DNA of 34,554 nucleotides from a phage: NCBI GenBank assembly GCA_037431425.1, contig GCA_037431425.1_4129.4; one strand, 5' to 3'. Shown piece by piece: positions 33,470 to 34,554 of this stretch (position 1 is its first letter; each line of letters starts with the position of its first letter). The notes under the pieces were generated by a model. It saw only the letters and a program-made list of their open reading frames with translations, ran no database searches and was not told where the DNA came from. The position numbers and the translations under genes were made by a program.

Positions 33470-34053
33470 TGCAAGCTGAACACATTCAAATTATGAATTT
33501 GATGCATGACATTGCGGAACTATCTGATAAGTACGATATTACTGTTCATGAGTCTATTGGAAATTATCGACTTAAAGTTGAAAACAAATCACCACATCGT
33601 TTTGGTTCTGTGACACTGGAGTCTTATAAAGATTACGGTTATGGAACGGCAAAAAAGGGTTTCTGGGATACTATGGCAATGTATATACGTACATCAAGAC
33701 GTAGAGAACAAATCGGTTCAATTACGCCAAATATGATATTTGTCAATGCTGTACACAGTGATATTAATCGAATTGTTGAATCTAATTTTGGTGACGTTGA
33801 GAACGATACATATTTGGAAATTCCACCAGAACTAGACCAATGTGAAGACATTCGTGAAGCATACATTTTCCAGAGATCATTACTTAACAACTTCAATGAG
33901 TTTCAGTACTTGATGCTTTGTTATGAAGCTGCAAAAGCTATTAAGACTGGTGAATTGGTAATGTATAATAATTTCATTAACTGCAAATCCGATACACTTA
34001 AAGAGTTACACACTGCCATCAAAAACATCAAGGATACATATGAACGCTTATAG
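33469..34053 (+). CDS. family B-like protein
   Basis: Motif REAYIFQRSLLNN; RBS GAGGA; shares a C-terminal LMLxYE...EL segment with 32906..33469. Confidence 0.6.
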   Translation: MQAEHIQIMNLMHDIAELSDKYDITVHESIGNYRLKVENKSPHRFGSVTLESYKDYGYGTAKKGFWDTMAMYIRTSRRREQIGSITPNMIFVNAVHSDINRIVESNFGDVENDTYLEIPPELDQCEDIREAYIFQRSLLNNFNEFQYLMLCYEAAKAIKTGELVMYNNFINCKSDTLKELHTAIKNIKDTYERL

Positions 34054-34057
34054 TTAT

Positions 34058-34554
34058 ATGACAGAACGTCATCAGATATTATATGATATCAGTACTAAAA
34101 TGTTATCAATCGTTAATAGTGGAAAAGAAATTGAAAAACAATACCTCATCCGTGATGTAGCAATTTCATCTAAATGTTGGTCCAATGAATATTACAACCA
34201 CGGTATTCTTACGATTTCTGGTGCTAGAAATATTTGTATTGTAAAAAATAAAAACAAAAGTAATGAAGAGTGTGAGATTAGAACCGATATACAAATTAAG
34301 GATGATGGAAGTTTTTCACACTACCCATTTCATATTAGTACTATTGGTGTTTTATATAATATTAAAGTACTATTCGGTGATGAAGAGTATAAGTTAAAAT
34401 ATATCGACCCAGAATCGAGTACAGTCCAAGAAGACCTGTTTCAGATGAGCACAATTATGCCCGAAGAAGTTCTTAGTACTGTTGTTTTTTGTAGTTTAAT
34501 TTATCACGAATACAAAAAGAACCAATTCGATTTCCACATGATAGGAACGTACAT
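34058..34554 (+). CDS. family B protein (3' partial, runs off window)
   Basis: ATG 34058, open to the window end with no stop; motif VQEDLFQMSTIMPEE; absent from ORF track because no stop lies inside the window. Confidence 0.55.
   Translation, partial: MTERHQILYDISTKMLSIVNSGKEIEKQYLIRDVAISSKCWSNEYYNHGILTISGARNICIVKNKNKSNEECEIRTDIQIKDDGSFSHYPFHISTIGVLYNIKVLFGDEEYKLKYIDPESSTVQEDLFQMSTIMPEEVLSTVVFCSLIYHEYKKNQFDFHMIGTY

Larger units (their letters stand above)
13023..34554 (+). other. tandem array of family B paralogous genes (about 38 recognisable members, interspersed with a few unrelated or degenerate small ORFs)
   Basis: Consecutive 300-600-bp ORFs sharing a central EE-x-x-F-Q-x-S-L-V-x-D type motif. 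Confidence 0.8.

Noticed and set aside
1343-33896. Minus-strand ORFs from the six-frame track (1343..1615, 1927..2124, 4253..4441, 5689..5949, 5867..6067, 13965..14165, 14693..14935, 15754..15987, 18691..18891, 19517..19711, 27438..27674, 28360..28554, 32622..32813, 33232..33507, 33639..33896) and + strand alternative-frame ORFs (17158..17349, 23251..23544, 26829..27017, 29527..29757)
   Set aside because: Each lies entirely within, or substantially overlaps, a better-supported + strand gene with RBS and family motif or promoter context; none has its own promoter or RBS. In AT-poor reverse frames of coding DNA such shadow ORFs are expected.
1-34554. Mobile element (IS or transposon), integrase, or prophage boundary
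   Set aside because: No transposase or integrase-like ORF and no terminal inverted repeats flanking a discrete unit; the repeats present are regulatory cassettes and paralogous genes.

Overview
The window looks like a lytic-phage region transcribed entirely left-to-right: every supportable gene is on the + strand. It has two parts. (1) Positions 1-7250 (~40% GC by eye) hold about 20 small genes, most preceded by a sigma70-like promoter followed directly by a GC-rich stem-loop. These cassettes resemble the 'PeSL' (promoter-early stem-loop) cassettes described for hyperplastic regions of T4-type phages. This part also contains three copies of a ~100-bp intergenic repeat that starts with an intrinsic terminator, and a 194-aa protein with a complete set of protein-kinase motifs. 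(2) Positions 7250-34554 (~30% GC) are almost entirely two very large tandem arrays of diverged paralogous small genes. Family A has about 30 genes of ~65-90 aa sharing a C-terminal L-G-T-N-Y-Q-E motif. Family B has about 38 or more genes of ~100-200 aa sharing a central (S/T)-x-L-(S/D)-E-E-x-x-F-Q-x-S-L-(V/I)-x-D motif. Genes are tightly packed, often with overlapping stop/start codons (ATGA), and very few internal promoters or terminators are visible. I could not match either family to a domain I recognise, and this double array is the main candidate for an undescribed system. No rRNA, tRNA, CRISPR array, transposase or integrase was recognised. All coordinates, motifs and counts were read by eye; no database search or folding was run.
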